Assembly: GCA_040954595.2 (NCBI GenBank)
Contig: CM082576.2
Span: forward strand, 8,683,129-8,747,128
Reading direction: 5' to 3'
Length of the DNA stretch: 64,000 nucleotides
From: Balanoglossus misakiensis
Lineage: Eukaryota > Animalia > Hemichordata
Below the pieces are notes generated by a model. That model ran no database searches, was not told where the DNA came from, and saw only the letters and a list, made by a program, of their open reading frames with translations. The position numbers were made by a program, and so were the translations under genes. Every line of letters starts with the position of its first letter. Position 1 is the first letter of the stretch. Below are positions 40,601 to 52,013 of this stretch, in pieces.

Positions 40601-41384
40601 GGTGATGTCCCGGGCAATTCATGATGTTGCCCCCGAGGTCTGGTGGTGGTCATCGTCGGTCGTTTATTGTTCAGTATTTTTTGCGAAAGAAATGAATTTC
40701 ACCGGAATCGACACTTACACGTGCAGTTTTCATTCGACTCGTCGGTTCCCAGAGTGCAGTCTTCTATTCCGTCACAAACCCAATCGATGGGAATGCATTC
40801 ACTGCCGTCGTCATTACACGGGAAGGCCCCAGGCTGGCCACATACATCGGACGAGTCTGAGTCTGAGTCGACTCTGTTGTCCGAAAGCGCACTTGGACCT
40901 ATATGGGACAAATAGTGCAGGCGAAATAAAACATGTATAATGGCATAGATTTCCTCTCTTTTTTCTCGTTATTTCCGTAGTGCATATCGTGTTTAGTGTA
41001 CAATTTATGTATCTGGTGTTGGAATTCGAGAAGTTCGGACTTGATTTTGATAGTAAAAATTTGTAATGCAGATCACGCTGAAAGATGATGACGAATTCAC
41101 CCCTTTTATTATTTTCGAAACACACTTTCCATTGGGTCTATTGGCCAGCAATTCCTTTATCTGTACATGACGGACTTAATTTACTTTTCATATGTTCTTT
41201 GTGTATTATCTTTCTTGTTCTGTGATGCACGTGTGTTATTTTGGCATATGGATTGGTATGATTGCGATTATTTATTTTCCTCAACGGGACACTTACTTTC
41301 GTCTCCGAGGGGTGGACTGGAAGGGGTGACTGCGCTTGTGGAGGACGGAAGAAGAACCAGAAGGACGCACAGGATAATCTTCAT
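20535..41384 (-). CDS. Polycystin-1 family (PKD1L2/REJ-like) gene B, complete, multi-exon: signal peptide, LDLa, FZ, LDLax4, FZ, LDLa, FZx3, LDLax2, FZ, short REJ, GAIN/GPS, TM1, PLAT, TM/TOP/PKD channel, coiled coil, C-terminal CCHC-like domain
   Basis: Exon 1 (41297-41384) reads [21 protein letters not shown] '[23 protein letters not shown]'; PLAT '[34 protein letters not shown]'; '[31 protein letters not shown]'; channel exon 21752-22333; final exons 21272-21548 and 20535-21132 splice in frame. Confidence 0.93.
22471..22782. mobile_element. Intronic non-autonomous DNA element with a 23-bp inverted repeat pair followed by a ~143-bp hairpin (Crypton- or Helentron-like architecture)
   Basis: 22471-22493 (attatattataccagtatattga) pairs with 22617-22639 with one mismatch. 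22640-22782 folds back: agcaataaaacacccccagccatggtataccac...gtggtataccatggctgggggtgttttattgct. Family assignment is inferred. Confidence 0.7.
27740..27827 (-). other. GPS autoproteolysis motif of gene B (HL|T at 27775-27783)
   Basis: Translation [20 protein letters not shown]. Confidence 0.9.
29492..29611. repeat. Exact 60-bp tandem duplication spanning a 3' splice acceptor of gene B
   Basis: ctgaaggtgcgtaaagtacaacgcgacgtcacatactattgtaaatgtgttctgcttata occurs at 29492-29551 and 29552-29611. Confidence 0.95.
31595..31673. repeat. (GA)n microsatellite, intronic
   Basis: Long GA run with one interruption. Confidence 0.95.
32577..40898 (-). other. Gene B ectodomain exons: LDLa 40719-40898, FZ 40216-40557, LDLa 39878-40015, 39591-39716, 38846-38971, 38502-38627, FZ 37882-38229, LDLa 37239-37364, FZ 36477-36821, 35464-35805, 34347-34685, LDLa 33520-33645, 33272-33397, FZ+linker 32577-33018
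   Basis: Each FZ exon has the 10-Cys Frizzled CRD pattern (CExI...C...LPY..T.FPN...C....lF.C....PeC.....LPCRsLCe.V...C......C..fP......C). LDLa exons have 6 Cys and the DC.D.SDE-type acidic motif. All are bounded by AG/GT. Confidence 0.9.
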
Positions 41385-44300
41385 CGTCGTTTGCTTATAT
41401 CATCCATTCCATAGTACATGTATATTCATATCTCGTTGTCTATAGTCTAAGTCGCCTTCTTGAGAAAGTCGATATTGACGTGTCGTCGACTACGTCACGC
41501 AGTGATGACTCGGTTCGATGAATGTGCCTAATTGTTCAAGTGGAAAGGTGTTTAAGTTCACATGCATTGATTAAGGAATCGATAGAACCATAGACTCCCC
41601 TCTACTGTCTATGACACAACATACAAAACAGGACCTTTCAGGAATTGCTACTAGGTTTCTGTCAATTATACTGAGTCTTGAACTACAGCACATACTATAC
41701 ACTGCATCTTTAAAAAAGTCCTGATACAGGAGAACCTGATCTTGGACAGTACACAGCGCGATCAGCGGGACAGGTTATTTCGAGGTACCTCGAAAAATAA
41801 TGTTTTGCCGCATTTTGCAAACACGTTGGAGGCTTTCCGGTTGAAGTTCGTGCATTGACATTCTTGGTAAAATCCTTCAAAAATCGAGTTTGTCCTGCCT
41901 TTCTCCATTGCGCCCTCACCATCTGATGTCATTGAAATCTTTCAAACATTTGTACGTTATTTTCTTTTTTGTGTATAATTTTGCATCGGTACTATCTGCA
42001 TTGTAGTTTTTTTCATTTATAGTGCAAAAAATCAAAACAAGACGGTGACGTGTACGTGGTTGCTCAAAAGTCGGTCCATAGCAGTACGTATAGAGTTTCT
42101 AACAGTGTTGCTGAACACGCGTTTCTATTTTACCTATCTCCAGCATGATTGCGTTCATGATGACGTAGACAAAACACTGTCTCCTGTCATTCGTGAAACG
42201 AGAGTCCAAAAGCCACCCTGTGCGCCTTTTGTTCGCAAAATGAGAAATCGATTCTCTTTATTCACGGCATTGACGTATACGTGGTTAAGATACCGCCGGG
42301 CAGACTAAATGCAACCCGGTGTATATAAGCTTAAATCCCGACTGATGGAGCGACTTTGGAAGTTATATACATATGTAAGTAGTCTGCCTTAAGAAAGGGT
42401 AAAATAAGCATCGACAGCTCAGCTGGGGATTAGGAAAATACGGAATTACAAAATACCCCCCCCCCCTCATCGGTCAACAGCATTGTCCCCGCTCACTGAT
42501 CAATAAACCCTTCCGAGTTACCAAGAAGCAAATGTAAAATGCTCACAAGTGAAATTAATGAAAAAATATTCGCTTTTGAATAATCTCTGACAATAAATAA
42601 AGATCTCTTGGGCAATACAATTCCAGTTCCCATTTACTCAATGTACTCAAAGTGTTAGCGTTGACAGCATAGCGTCCATTTTGCGACTTGCAAAGATAAA
42701 GATAGCTAGGGTAAAATTCAATATAAGCATCTTCTATAGAAATAAACAATAACCATCTAGTCAGTGCACGGAACTGTTTATTGGGAAATAAAATATTGCC
42801 TGTGCATCGCATATGCCCCTTTAAGATGATTACAAAACGACGACAAAATTGTATGTCATCAGCACTAAACTTGATTTACAGTAACTGTATAATTGCAGTA
42901 CTATGGCAGTTTCCATCAACAGATCGATTTGTCCTAATTATAAAAGATAAACCTGTCAAGCCCAGGGTAGCTTGTCAGACGTAAAGAATTGTAATTCACT
43001 ACCCCGACAGGGACACGTCATAATAAGTTATAGTTTTCGTTCTCCATCTTGGGATGTCAAATGAACAGTGGACTCTTTGCATCCCACCAAAACAGAATGA
43101 TATTTATCATTACAGGAATGAGGATAGTGCTCCTCGCGCTGTGCAACGCCCTTTCAAGATCTTAACGGCGATTCAAGTGAGAAATCGATATATGCATCAT
43201 AGCTGGCAAAGCCTTCCCGTAATCGATTTATGCATACCGCCGGCGTGGGCAGGGAATTGGAAAGGAATCGGAAATACTAATACGATATTAATGTCAACAA
43301 GAGTAAGAGCGGACAGTGCCGAATTTCCCACACTTACAGGGCAAAGTAAACACTGACATTTCAGTTACCAAGACAATATCAATATACTTTCTTTTTGCAA
43401 ACTGGTAAAGACCCTTGAGATACTGGCATCGGTTGTCAACATATCTCCAACGCATGGCTCATTAAAATTGCTCACCAATCGAATTTTTACTGAAACACGC
43501 ATTTTTTCAGCAAAAAAGATAACAACTTGTCAGAGAGACGTTCGGTTGAAAAAGAGTGCATGTATGTGCTTTGTGATTCAAGTTCAATTTTTGTGTGTAA
43601 TCATTGTTATTGCTGCTGTCTTTGCAATTGTAGTTATATAGTGCACATAATGTATTTATGTTGTGTACTTTTTCCCCACAATGAATTCGCAAGGTCAGTT
43701 TCAAACCGTTGGTGTTTTTTCTGATAGTTTTTGAGATTTTCTGCCTCATTACATTTATCCGGTGGTTTATTTGGTCTGGTCATCCGTCCGGGAATCTTTT
43801 TAATCGTGACAAACGATGTAAACATTTATGTTTGCACATTGCCGCTATTTTCATGATTCGGACGTTTCCCGCAAATACGCTGCAGTAACTGTTGTCTTGT
43901 AAATGACCAGGCCAAGAAGTATACACAAGTGCTTTTGTTGTTTGTAAACGTCGCTGAAAACACATTTGAATCTTGCGAGCTTTGTGCTCATAATTACATA
44001 GACGTAATAAGAGTGCGAGTTTCTCTGAGGGTTACGTACTTGACTACTCTATTATCGCACATGCCCACTTTTTAACGTCAAAATCGATACCGCCGTAAAT
44101 GCACCATACGGCGACCGAGAAAACATCCTCAGAATTAAATAAACTCTCTGTTTTCACATTTTTGCATACATCGTTCATTTCTTGCCGTGTTTAACCACAT
44201 TTGTGAAGTGACTATGGTTTAAGGTTCCTAAACAAAACCCCTCTTCGAGTCTGTCAGGGATAAGTGACTTTATATTTGTAAAATTATACACTTACAACGC

Positions 44301-47300
44301 CGGCCAATTTCGGTCACTTTTAATCACTTTGGTCTCGCCGGTTGAGAAACTGCCCATCGCGAGATTTAAATAACTATACAGTGTACACTGTTTGTAGCTC
44401 CTTATCGTACGGGACTTACAATACACATGGGAATTTTAATTCACAACAAAATCAACATTGACGTAAAGCTACGCAGAGCCGCGTCAGTTTCGGTGTTCGT
44501 TCTTTCAGAATATCAACGCTAATTACTTTACCACTTACACGCCGAAAATTTCAACCGCGCAAGCCAGCTCTTTTCCTCACTCAACACACGAATTTTACTA
44601 GTTAAACCTCTCTGAAATCGATCGTTCTTTTCGGGGGAGGGGGTAAATATTTATACAAACCAATGTAAACCACTTACTGTGTCCAGTGAAAGTTCCAGCT
44701 CCAGGCCAGGTCGGTATTGTAACGAGCGGGCACAGGTTCGTCCTCTCCGATCTTCCTGAAGTACACGGGGAAATTCCAATACTTTTAAACGCAAATCCGA
44801 CGTTAAAAAGAAACGAAAAAACTCTCGCAATAATCGGCGATTACTCCCGGCTCGTTCTGAAATCAAGATTATTTCTCAACACAAACACGCGCAGCTGAAG
44901 ATCGTTAAACTTCACGTCCTTAGTGACAGTTACTGAGACTGCGTGTACATCGCACTGGCTCTGCGTGGACACACTTTCTCTTTCGTCGAGTTGATGCGTT
45001 ACGTAATCCGCAACTCTGTCACTTGGATGGTTCCTTTGTGACTTCGCAGCAACTCATCGATTTGAATGACAAAGAAGGCGAATCAGCGAGACGGATCCGT
45101 CATGCTTTTAAAGTCACCATAACCACCACCCCTCCCACTTTATCACCGGGACTTACGGAGCTTTCTTTGGCCAAGCGAGCATTGGAAAAAAAAAAAGTGC
45201 ACGGAAACGTGTACCGGTGAGCTGATGACAAACGCGCGGACTAAACCATAGGGATAACAGTTATCTATTTGGGGGCCAGATCCTCCACGATGGCTCTTGT
45301 CCGTCCATCATTGGCCTTCTTGGTAAACAACCCTGCTTCGCTTCGCCAAGTTTGAAAAGGGTGTGTTGACAGTGGCAGGGAACATAAGAAAATGTTTTTT
45401 AATCAATGTTGCGCAAGGTTTTGTTCACGCGAGTTTTAATCTCTCTGATAAACCGAAACTTGAAAATACCTTCCTCGAGGGCATGCGCTTATTTCCCCCA
45501 AGGACGAACGCGAGACCAGTTGCTCACAAATGATTCGACGTTGACGTATGACTCCTTCAAACTGGGCGCTTTCTCCGTCCTTGTCTAAACGTAATCCCCT
45601 CAATTGAGAGAGCTCAATAAAATGTAACGACTGTGCAGTAATAAGTTTGTTGGCAAGAACGGGACAAGCAGAGAACAACAAAACAACAAACTGTCACCAC
45701 ATTTGCCGCAAACGAACCCGGGTACCATGGCGACCGAAACAAACCCGGTTACGTCACGGTCCGAGGAGATAAATAGTCATTTTCAGGAAGATGTGCCAGG
45801 ATTCCACTCGGCGTGCAAGGCATGGCTGGGCGGTATTATAGCAGAACAAATGACAATTAGCCTAATTGTTGGGATTATTGTGCTTTGTGGCATGGCGTAC
45901 CGGCTAGACCGATGCAAACACACTACATGTACTGGAAAGCGGGTTCCCTTGTTTCACAAGTATCCAATTAACGAGAAACGCTGGAAATTAAAATAAATCA
46001 CAGCTAACTATGAGCATGTGTATAAAGTAGAAAGCTAGTAATATAACATTGGTGCCATTAGTGTGATAACATTGGCTCGATTTAATTAATGACAACAAAT
46101 AATTGCATCAGAAGTAACAGTGCCTCTAATTTCACATTTTATTAAGTCCATCAATCGAAATCCAGAAATAAAATCCATGGTTTTCAATAGTGGAGGTATC
46201 GGTGATAATTTTGCATGGTTGGAGCTGGGTACACTTACACCATGATAATGTCATGGCAAAACAAACTTATTTCAAACTTTTTCGCTTCATATCATCCACG
46301 TGTGTCATATACACATTTCATAATTCATATTTGATGTTTAAAATTAAACGTAATGACAGAAGTAGAAATTGGCTGGAACAACCCCCCCCCCCCGAAAAAG
46401 GGAAGGGAATTTACAGACGTGAGTGTGTTATTTGGCAAGGGGGTCGTTTTTAGCAACTGGTATGGCACGGTGCCAACACCAGGAAAACAATTGCTGCCAA
46501 TGAATGGAAATCGGGTTGACCAATTATTACAGGATTAAAAAAAGAGAAAGAGAACACGTGATGATACAAACGACGGGATTCCGAGGTTATTAAACTCTTG
46601 AGCGATTATTGTCGTCTAGTTTGCGCAATGGTTTTACCCCGGTGAAGGGAATGATTAAAATGTAACATTGAAAAGACAGCTCGCCAAGGCGTAATCAATA
46701 TCTGATTGACGCGCGCATAATAAAGTTAATTTACGTTATTTATTAATTTGTACCAATATGCAGTAGTGTGGCGGGGGGGGGGGGGGGCAAATATCATCGT
46801 GATGATGAACAGTGAACCCTAACCGACCAATAAGACGACCAACTTCAATACTTTTTGAATCTCCCTGAAAAAGATCTCCGCTAAAATAAAATAAATACTA
46901 TGGTCTGAATTTAAGGCTTGTAACGCACCGCGGAGTTTACACGCTTGATACAGAAATTCGGGACACTCACTTTGCATAGAAATGCGCCATGCATTGCCAA
47001 AAGGACGTAATGGAAATTTTATTGCTTTTTTATCCTTTTGCTTAATTGGGAATGGATTAATTTTGTCTCACCTGAAAAGGTGAAATTCATGGCCACTATG
47101 TGGCCACCAATCTCTGCATGAATTCCAAGGAGCTGGACAATTAAACTATGAGTGACTGTTGTGAAACACAGATGGTGAACGGTGACATTGCTTTCTTTTC
47201 TGTTTTCAAAACGAATGATAATATCTCCTTTTCCTGGCAATCTGTCTCCAAGGTGAGAACTACCTCAAATTAGTTCTCAAATACATGTACTATTTCTTCT

Positions 47301-47761
47301 ATATTACTTTAAGTTAGCTTGGGATGAAACATTGAAACCACAAGCCCAGTTTAAGTCTCGCGCCGCGAAGTATAAAGCATCCCCGAAATTCACAGTACAT
47401 GTACATGTATGTTTGCCCCCTGTTCGATGACTGACCTCCTAAGTTACTTGTAAAAGTCAGCTCTGCCTGAGTCTGGGCCAGGGGGCGTGTATCGGAGTGC
47501 GGCAGCTACTTTCGAAAGTTTTTACAAATAATTTAGCGGTAAATGAGAATTCATTTTCTGTTTTGACACCTCTCCCCCACCTTCAGTTCATTTTAACGTA
47601 ACCACAGCTTTAGAGAAAGTCTCGTTTCAAGATAATCGATCAGCAATATATACACTAATACTAACATAGGGGGTCTTGTCGATCAGCTGTTCAGCCAGAT
47701 TACAACTTGCAATATATCGCCGGGTACTTGTGTCAGCTGTCAGCGAGAACTCTCACACTAG

Positions 47762-47769
47762 TGACCTTG
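47762..47769. promoter_or_regulatory. Possible ERR/NR5A-type extended nuclear-receptor half-site (TGACCTTG) ~140 bp upstream of the L2HGDH ATG
   Basis: Motif match only. ERR sites are typical of mitochondrial-enzyme promoters, but an 8-mer can occur by chance. Confidence 0.25.
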
Positions 47770-47903
47770 CACAGAAGTCATCCACGATCAGGCCTCGGTG
47801 GCGTGCTACTAGTGTCAGTCAATCTTTTCCCCGTCAGTCTTTGGCCGTACCCATAAATGTGAGTCGTATGACCTCGGCCTGAAGACGAGGATACGGTTGC
47901 ACT

Positions 47904-50900
47904 ATGAACATAGCCACGGGTTGTACACTTCTCGCCGTGGGCCTGAATGCAAGATGCGCATCGTCCTGTTCTCGCTGTGTAAAATTGACTGCACCAAGCT
48001 TATCGCATATTTTTAGCCCCGTCAGCGGCTTTGGAAGGAAGAAATTTAGGCGATCGTACACCACGAGGTAAGATCATGGTCCCTGCGAAGAAGTAAGGAA
48101 AGGTTCATGAGCTGTAGGGGGGGGGGGGGGGCGGGCCGGATCCATTGCACGCCCGTGTTCGATGACCGGATCTGGTTCACTTAGTGGACACGACTATACC
48201 CCATGGCGATACCATGGTTTTTTAGGGTTAGGGTTAGGAGGGTTAGGGTATGGGATAAACTCACCCTCACATTGCCACCCCTAACCCTCCTAACCCTAAC
48301 CCTAACTCACCCTCATTGCCATGGTATCGTTGCCATGGGGTATAGTCGTGTCCACTAAGAGAACCAGATCCCGATGACCAATATGATTCTAGGCTATCTG
48401 GTAGAAAGATTGCCTTATGTAATCCTGTTCCCCGTACGCTTCCCCAATAGAATGTGTTATATAGTACAGTGGGTGGCTGGCAGTACCCTAGCTGGAGGTT
48501 TTGCCATAGGTACATGTATTGTGTGTGCATCTGATTTACACAATACACTTTCAACAGTTCTGCAATATTTCAATGTGAAAGTTACAATCTACATCTATGG
48601 ACTCTTTCTTGGTCTCACAGTTCCACGTCAGATGACTATGATGTGTGCATTGTTGGCGGGGGCATTGTTGGCATGGCAACAGCGAGGGAGTTGCTAATCA
48701 GGCACCCGTCTCTGAAGTTTGTCACAGTTGAGAAGGAAAATGTGCTTGGTAAGTGATGACAATTCCCATTGACAGTATCAAACGGTGGGAGTGTAAGGGT
48801 GATTAATGTCTGGCAAATTCACAATGCAAAGTATATTCTTCCCAGGTAAATGTAATATACTTTGTTGATATAGCACCTCGCCAGGGTGGCAGATTACCTC
48901 TGAATTAGGATAGCCCTCTGATTTGATGAAATCATTGTATAATTAATGTGAATCTTCTTTTGGTTTCTCGTTTTGTCATTCATCGGTTTCAGCCGCTCAC
49001 CAGAGTGGTCACAACAGTGGAGTCATTCACGCCGGCATCTACTACATGCCAGGTTCCTTGAAAGCCAAGCTGTGTGTGGAGGGACTGAAACTTGCATATG
49101 AATACTGCGATGAAAACAACGTGCCATACAAAAAGTGTGGGAAGGTAAGAAGCATATGCGTTTGTGTGTGTGCTTTTTTGTTCTTGTATTATTCACCCGA
49201 GATATTGAATGATCCCTTAAATTCCCAGAGTTAACCTCTTTTTTTTGGGGGGGGGGGGGGGGAATTCTTTAAATTATAATATTAACTTCACTAAATTTTA
49301 CCATATCATATCATGGCTGCTGTGCTAAGCTGGCTGTGATGGATGACATCACCATTTTTACCTGTATGCCAATGTATGTGCATTCAGATTGTAATCAACA
49401 TTTGCATATATTTGTTCAATGGATATGTCATCACCAGCAGACTTTGCACAGTGTGTGAAATATTCCCCCACCCATTTGAAGGGTGGGAGTGGGGGTTGTC
49501 AGACCACTACCAGGAACCAGTGGCAAATATCATTGCTTTAGTCATAGTGGTCCGACATAGAAACCTGTTTGAAAGCTGTAAGCATGGCCACAATGCTAAA
49601 TTTTCAGAGAATGCAGTAATTTGAAGATTGACTTAAGCATGTGATTTATCTGTTTGCTTGTAGCTGATTGTTGCCACAAAACCAGAGCAAGTGGAAAGAT
49701 TGGATGGTTTGTACAAACGAGGGCTTGAGAATGAAGTACCAGGGTTGCGGATGGTTGGACCAGATGAAATCAAGGAAATTGAACCATACTGCAAGGTGAC
49801 TATATTTTTAAATGCTGGTGACTTAATAGTAATTATAAATTATTCATTCTTATTGGAGACTGACATACTGTGATTTCAAAAAAAACTTTCTCATAGGGTT
49901 TGAAGGCAATTCATTCACCAAACACTGGGATTGTCGACTGGGGTGAGGTCACTAAGTCGTATGGGAAAAATTTCCAAGACATGGGAGGTACCATCAAATT
50001 AAGCCAGGAAGTGATTGGATTCCGTATGACGCCGGAAAGCACTCCTGGATCTAAAGATGGTGAGACAAGACGATTGATTTTAATTTTGTCAATTCCACCT
50101 TTCTTCACTTGTATCAATATCTGGGATTGGCTACATTGACATGGGGTCCGTAGCACTGTGTGCAGAGTTTGTGGGTTGGCACTTGTTAGTTGAAGAGCGC
50201 CACCACAGTTCATCTCACTGGCTTTCTTGTCGGAAATGTTTATGTAAAAATAAGCCCACTTATTTTGGTGAGACCTGACTAACCAGAAGCACATCTTCCT
50301 TGTTTCTTTACAGGTATAAAATATCCAGTTACTGTGGTAACGAAAAAGGTAAGAAATGCATAGTCTTAAGGAACTTAGTACACAAGTTTCTCATTCAGAT
50401 AACCATGAAAATGATATGTATAACAATGTAGAAGGTATTGTCCTGTCGGTCACCATCACTTTTCAATGACATTTCTGTGGCAAATTCACAAAGAGTGATT
50501 TGCTTAATTCTTCACTGACAGGGTAATATTCAATGTCGGTACGTCATCGCCTGTGGTGGGTTGTACTCAGACCGTTTGGCAGAGTTGTCTGGTTGTAGCT
50601 CTCTCCCGAAGATTGTACCCTTCAGGGGAGAATATTTACTTCTCAAACAGGAGAAGTGCCATCTCGTCAGAGGCAATATATATCCAGTAAGTATGAGAAG
50701 TATATGCAGTTTGTTTTTTACTTATTTTTCTAACTACTAGTATTCAAATTGCCCTCCAAATTGCTGCATTCATATTGACACTATAAGCCTATGTCTGTAT
50801 CACCCGACTTTGTAATAAAAAGTGTAATTTATGGAACAATTTAACAGCAGAAGGGTCTCCAACCTATAACGCCATGACAACAATATAATGTACTGGCATA

Positions 50901-52013
50901 AAACAGAACCAATGATGTTCTCAAGAACTTGCCTAACTTCTGAATTATTCTCTCTGACAGGTGCCAGACCCGAGGTTTCCATTTCTCGGTGTCCATTTCA
51001 CGCCCCGCATGGACGGATCTGTCTGGCTGGGACCAAACGCTGTGCTGGCTTTCAAACGTGAGGGGTATGGCTATACGGACATTAGTCCATCGGAGCTAGC
51101 TGATGCCGTCACATTCAGGTGGGTACTTGAAATTCCCTTGAGGTGAGAATTTGAATTTTGTCATGTGAATTTTCTGATTGTCATTTTAATACTATTCAAA
51201 ATTTCAGACTGTATGAAAACATGGAAATACAACACTGGCAATAAATGCTTAATATCTTGACAATTTTGCCAAGGTAGCTGAGATTTGTAAAATAGTTGTC
51301 CAGTGTCAGCTTTACATAATTTTCAAAACACTCATCATCATGATTTACCCTGTCTTCTCCAGCGGCTTACGGAAGCTTGTGTTTAAACATCTTGCGTACG
51401 GCATCGGCGAGATGTACAGGGGGATAAACATCGGAGCACAAGTGAAAATATTACAGAACTTTGTTCCAGAGTTGAAACTGAGTGATGTCAGCAGGTGAGG
51501 CTAAATATCAATTTACTGCAAGTTTCGAACCAAAAATAATCAACTGTCTGTCAGAGTTGACTTTTCCCTGTGTTGACAGATTTAATGCCCTTTGCCACAC
51601 ACAAAAGTTGATTAACTGTGCATTCACAGATTATGTAAGCAATTTCAGTTATGTGACAGGTTGTGCATCTCTTTTATACAGTTACAATGGCATCAGTATA
51701 GTCCCTTGTTAGGAATAGCAAGGTTGAAAATGCTACATTTAAAATGCTACACTTAAGACCCAGTAGGTAAAGATCCACATTCCTATAAAATGTGCAACTT
51801 CTCATTTCTGTCATTAGAGGCCCTGCTGGCGTCCGAGCTCAAGCCCTGGATGAAGAAGGCAACCTAGTGGATGATTTTGTGTTTGACACCGGAAAAGGCG
51901 CGATCGGTAGTCGTCTGTTGCACGTGAGGAACGCACCGTCCCCTGCAGCTACGTCATCACTGTCGATCGCCAAAATGGTGGCCGATCATGTTGATGAGAA
52001 ATTTCACTTGTAG
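47904..52013 (+). CDS. L2HGDH: L-2-hydroxyglutarate dehydrogenase, mitochondrial; exons 47904-48067, 48621-48748, 48993-49144, 49664-49795, 49897-50059, 50314-50348, 50522-50686, 50961-51118, 51363-51494, 51818-52013
   Basis: FAD-binding '[20 protein letters not shown]', '[26 protein letters not shown]', '[12 protein letters not shown]', 'IVPFRGEYL', '[35 protein letters not shown]', '[36 protein letters not shown]'. The Arg/Ser-rich first exon resembles a transit peptide. Confidence 0.97.
48168..48371. mobile_element. 204-bp foldback MITE in L2HGDH intron 1 with long TIRs, inverted telomeric repeat arrays and an 8-bp TSD; Merlin-like or hAT-like
   Basis: Ends GGATCTGGTTCACTTAGTGGACACGACTATACCCCATGGC... 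and ...GCCATGGGGTATAGTCGTGTCCACTAAGAGAACCAGATCC. TSD CGATGACC at 48160-48167 and 48372-48379. Internal TTAGGG repeats face CCCTAA repeats. Confidence 0.88.

Noticed and set aside
32577-40898. Interpretation as a corin-like protease or a stand-alone sFRP/LRP gene
   Set aside because: No protease, scavenger or netrin domain and no stop codon is seen. The last FZ exon splices in phase 2 into the REJ exon exactly as gene A's last CUB exon does.
45249-45260. TAGGGATAACAG, resembling part of an I-SceI site
   Set aside because: Only 12 of 18 bp match, which is compatible with chance.
17448-49262. Scattered poly-G/poly-C runs (e.g. 17448, 46774, 48116, 49247) as G-quadruplex elements
   Set aside because: Simple homopolymer tracts in introns and intergenic DNA, with no positional pattern.
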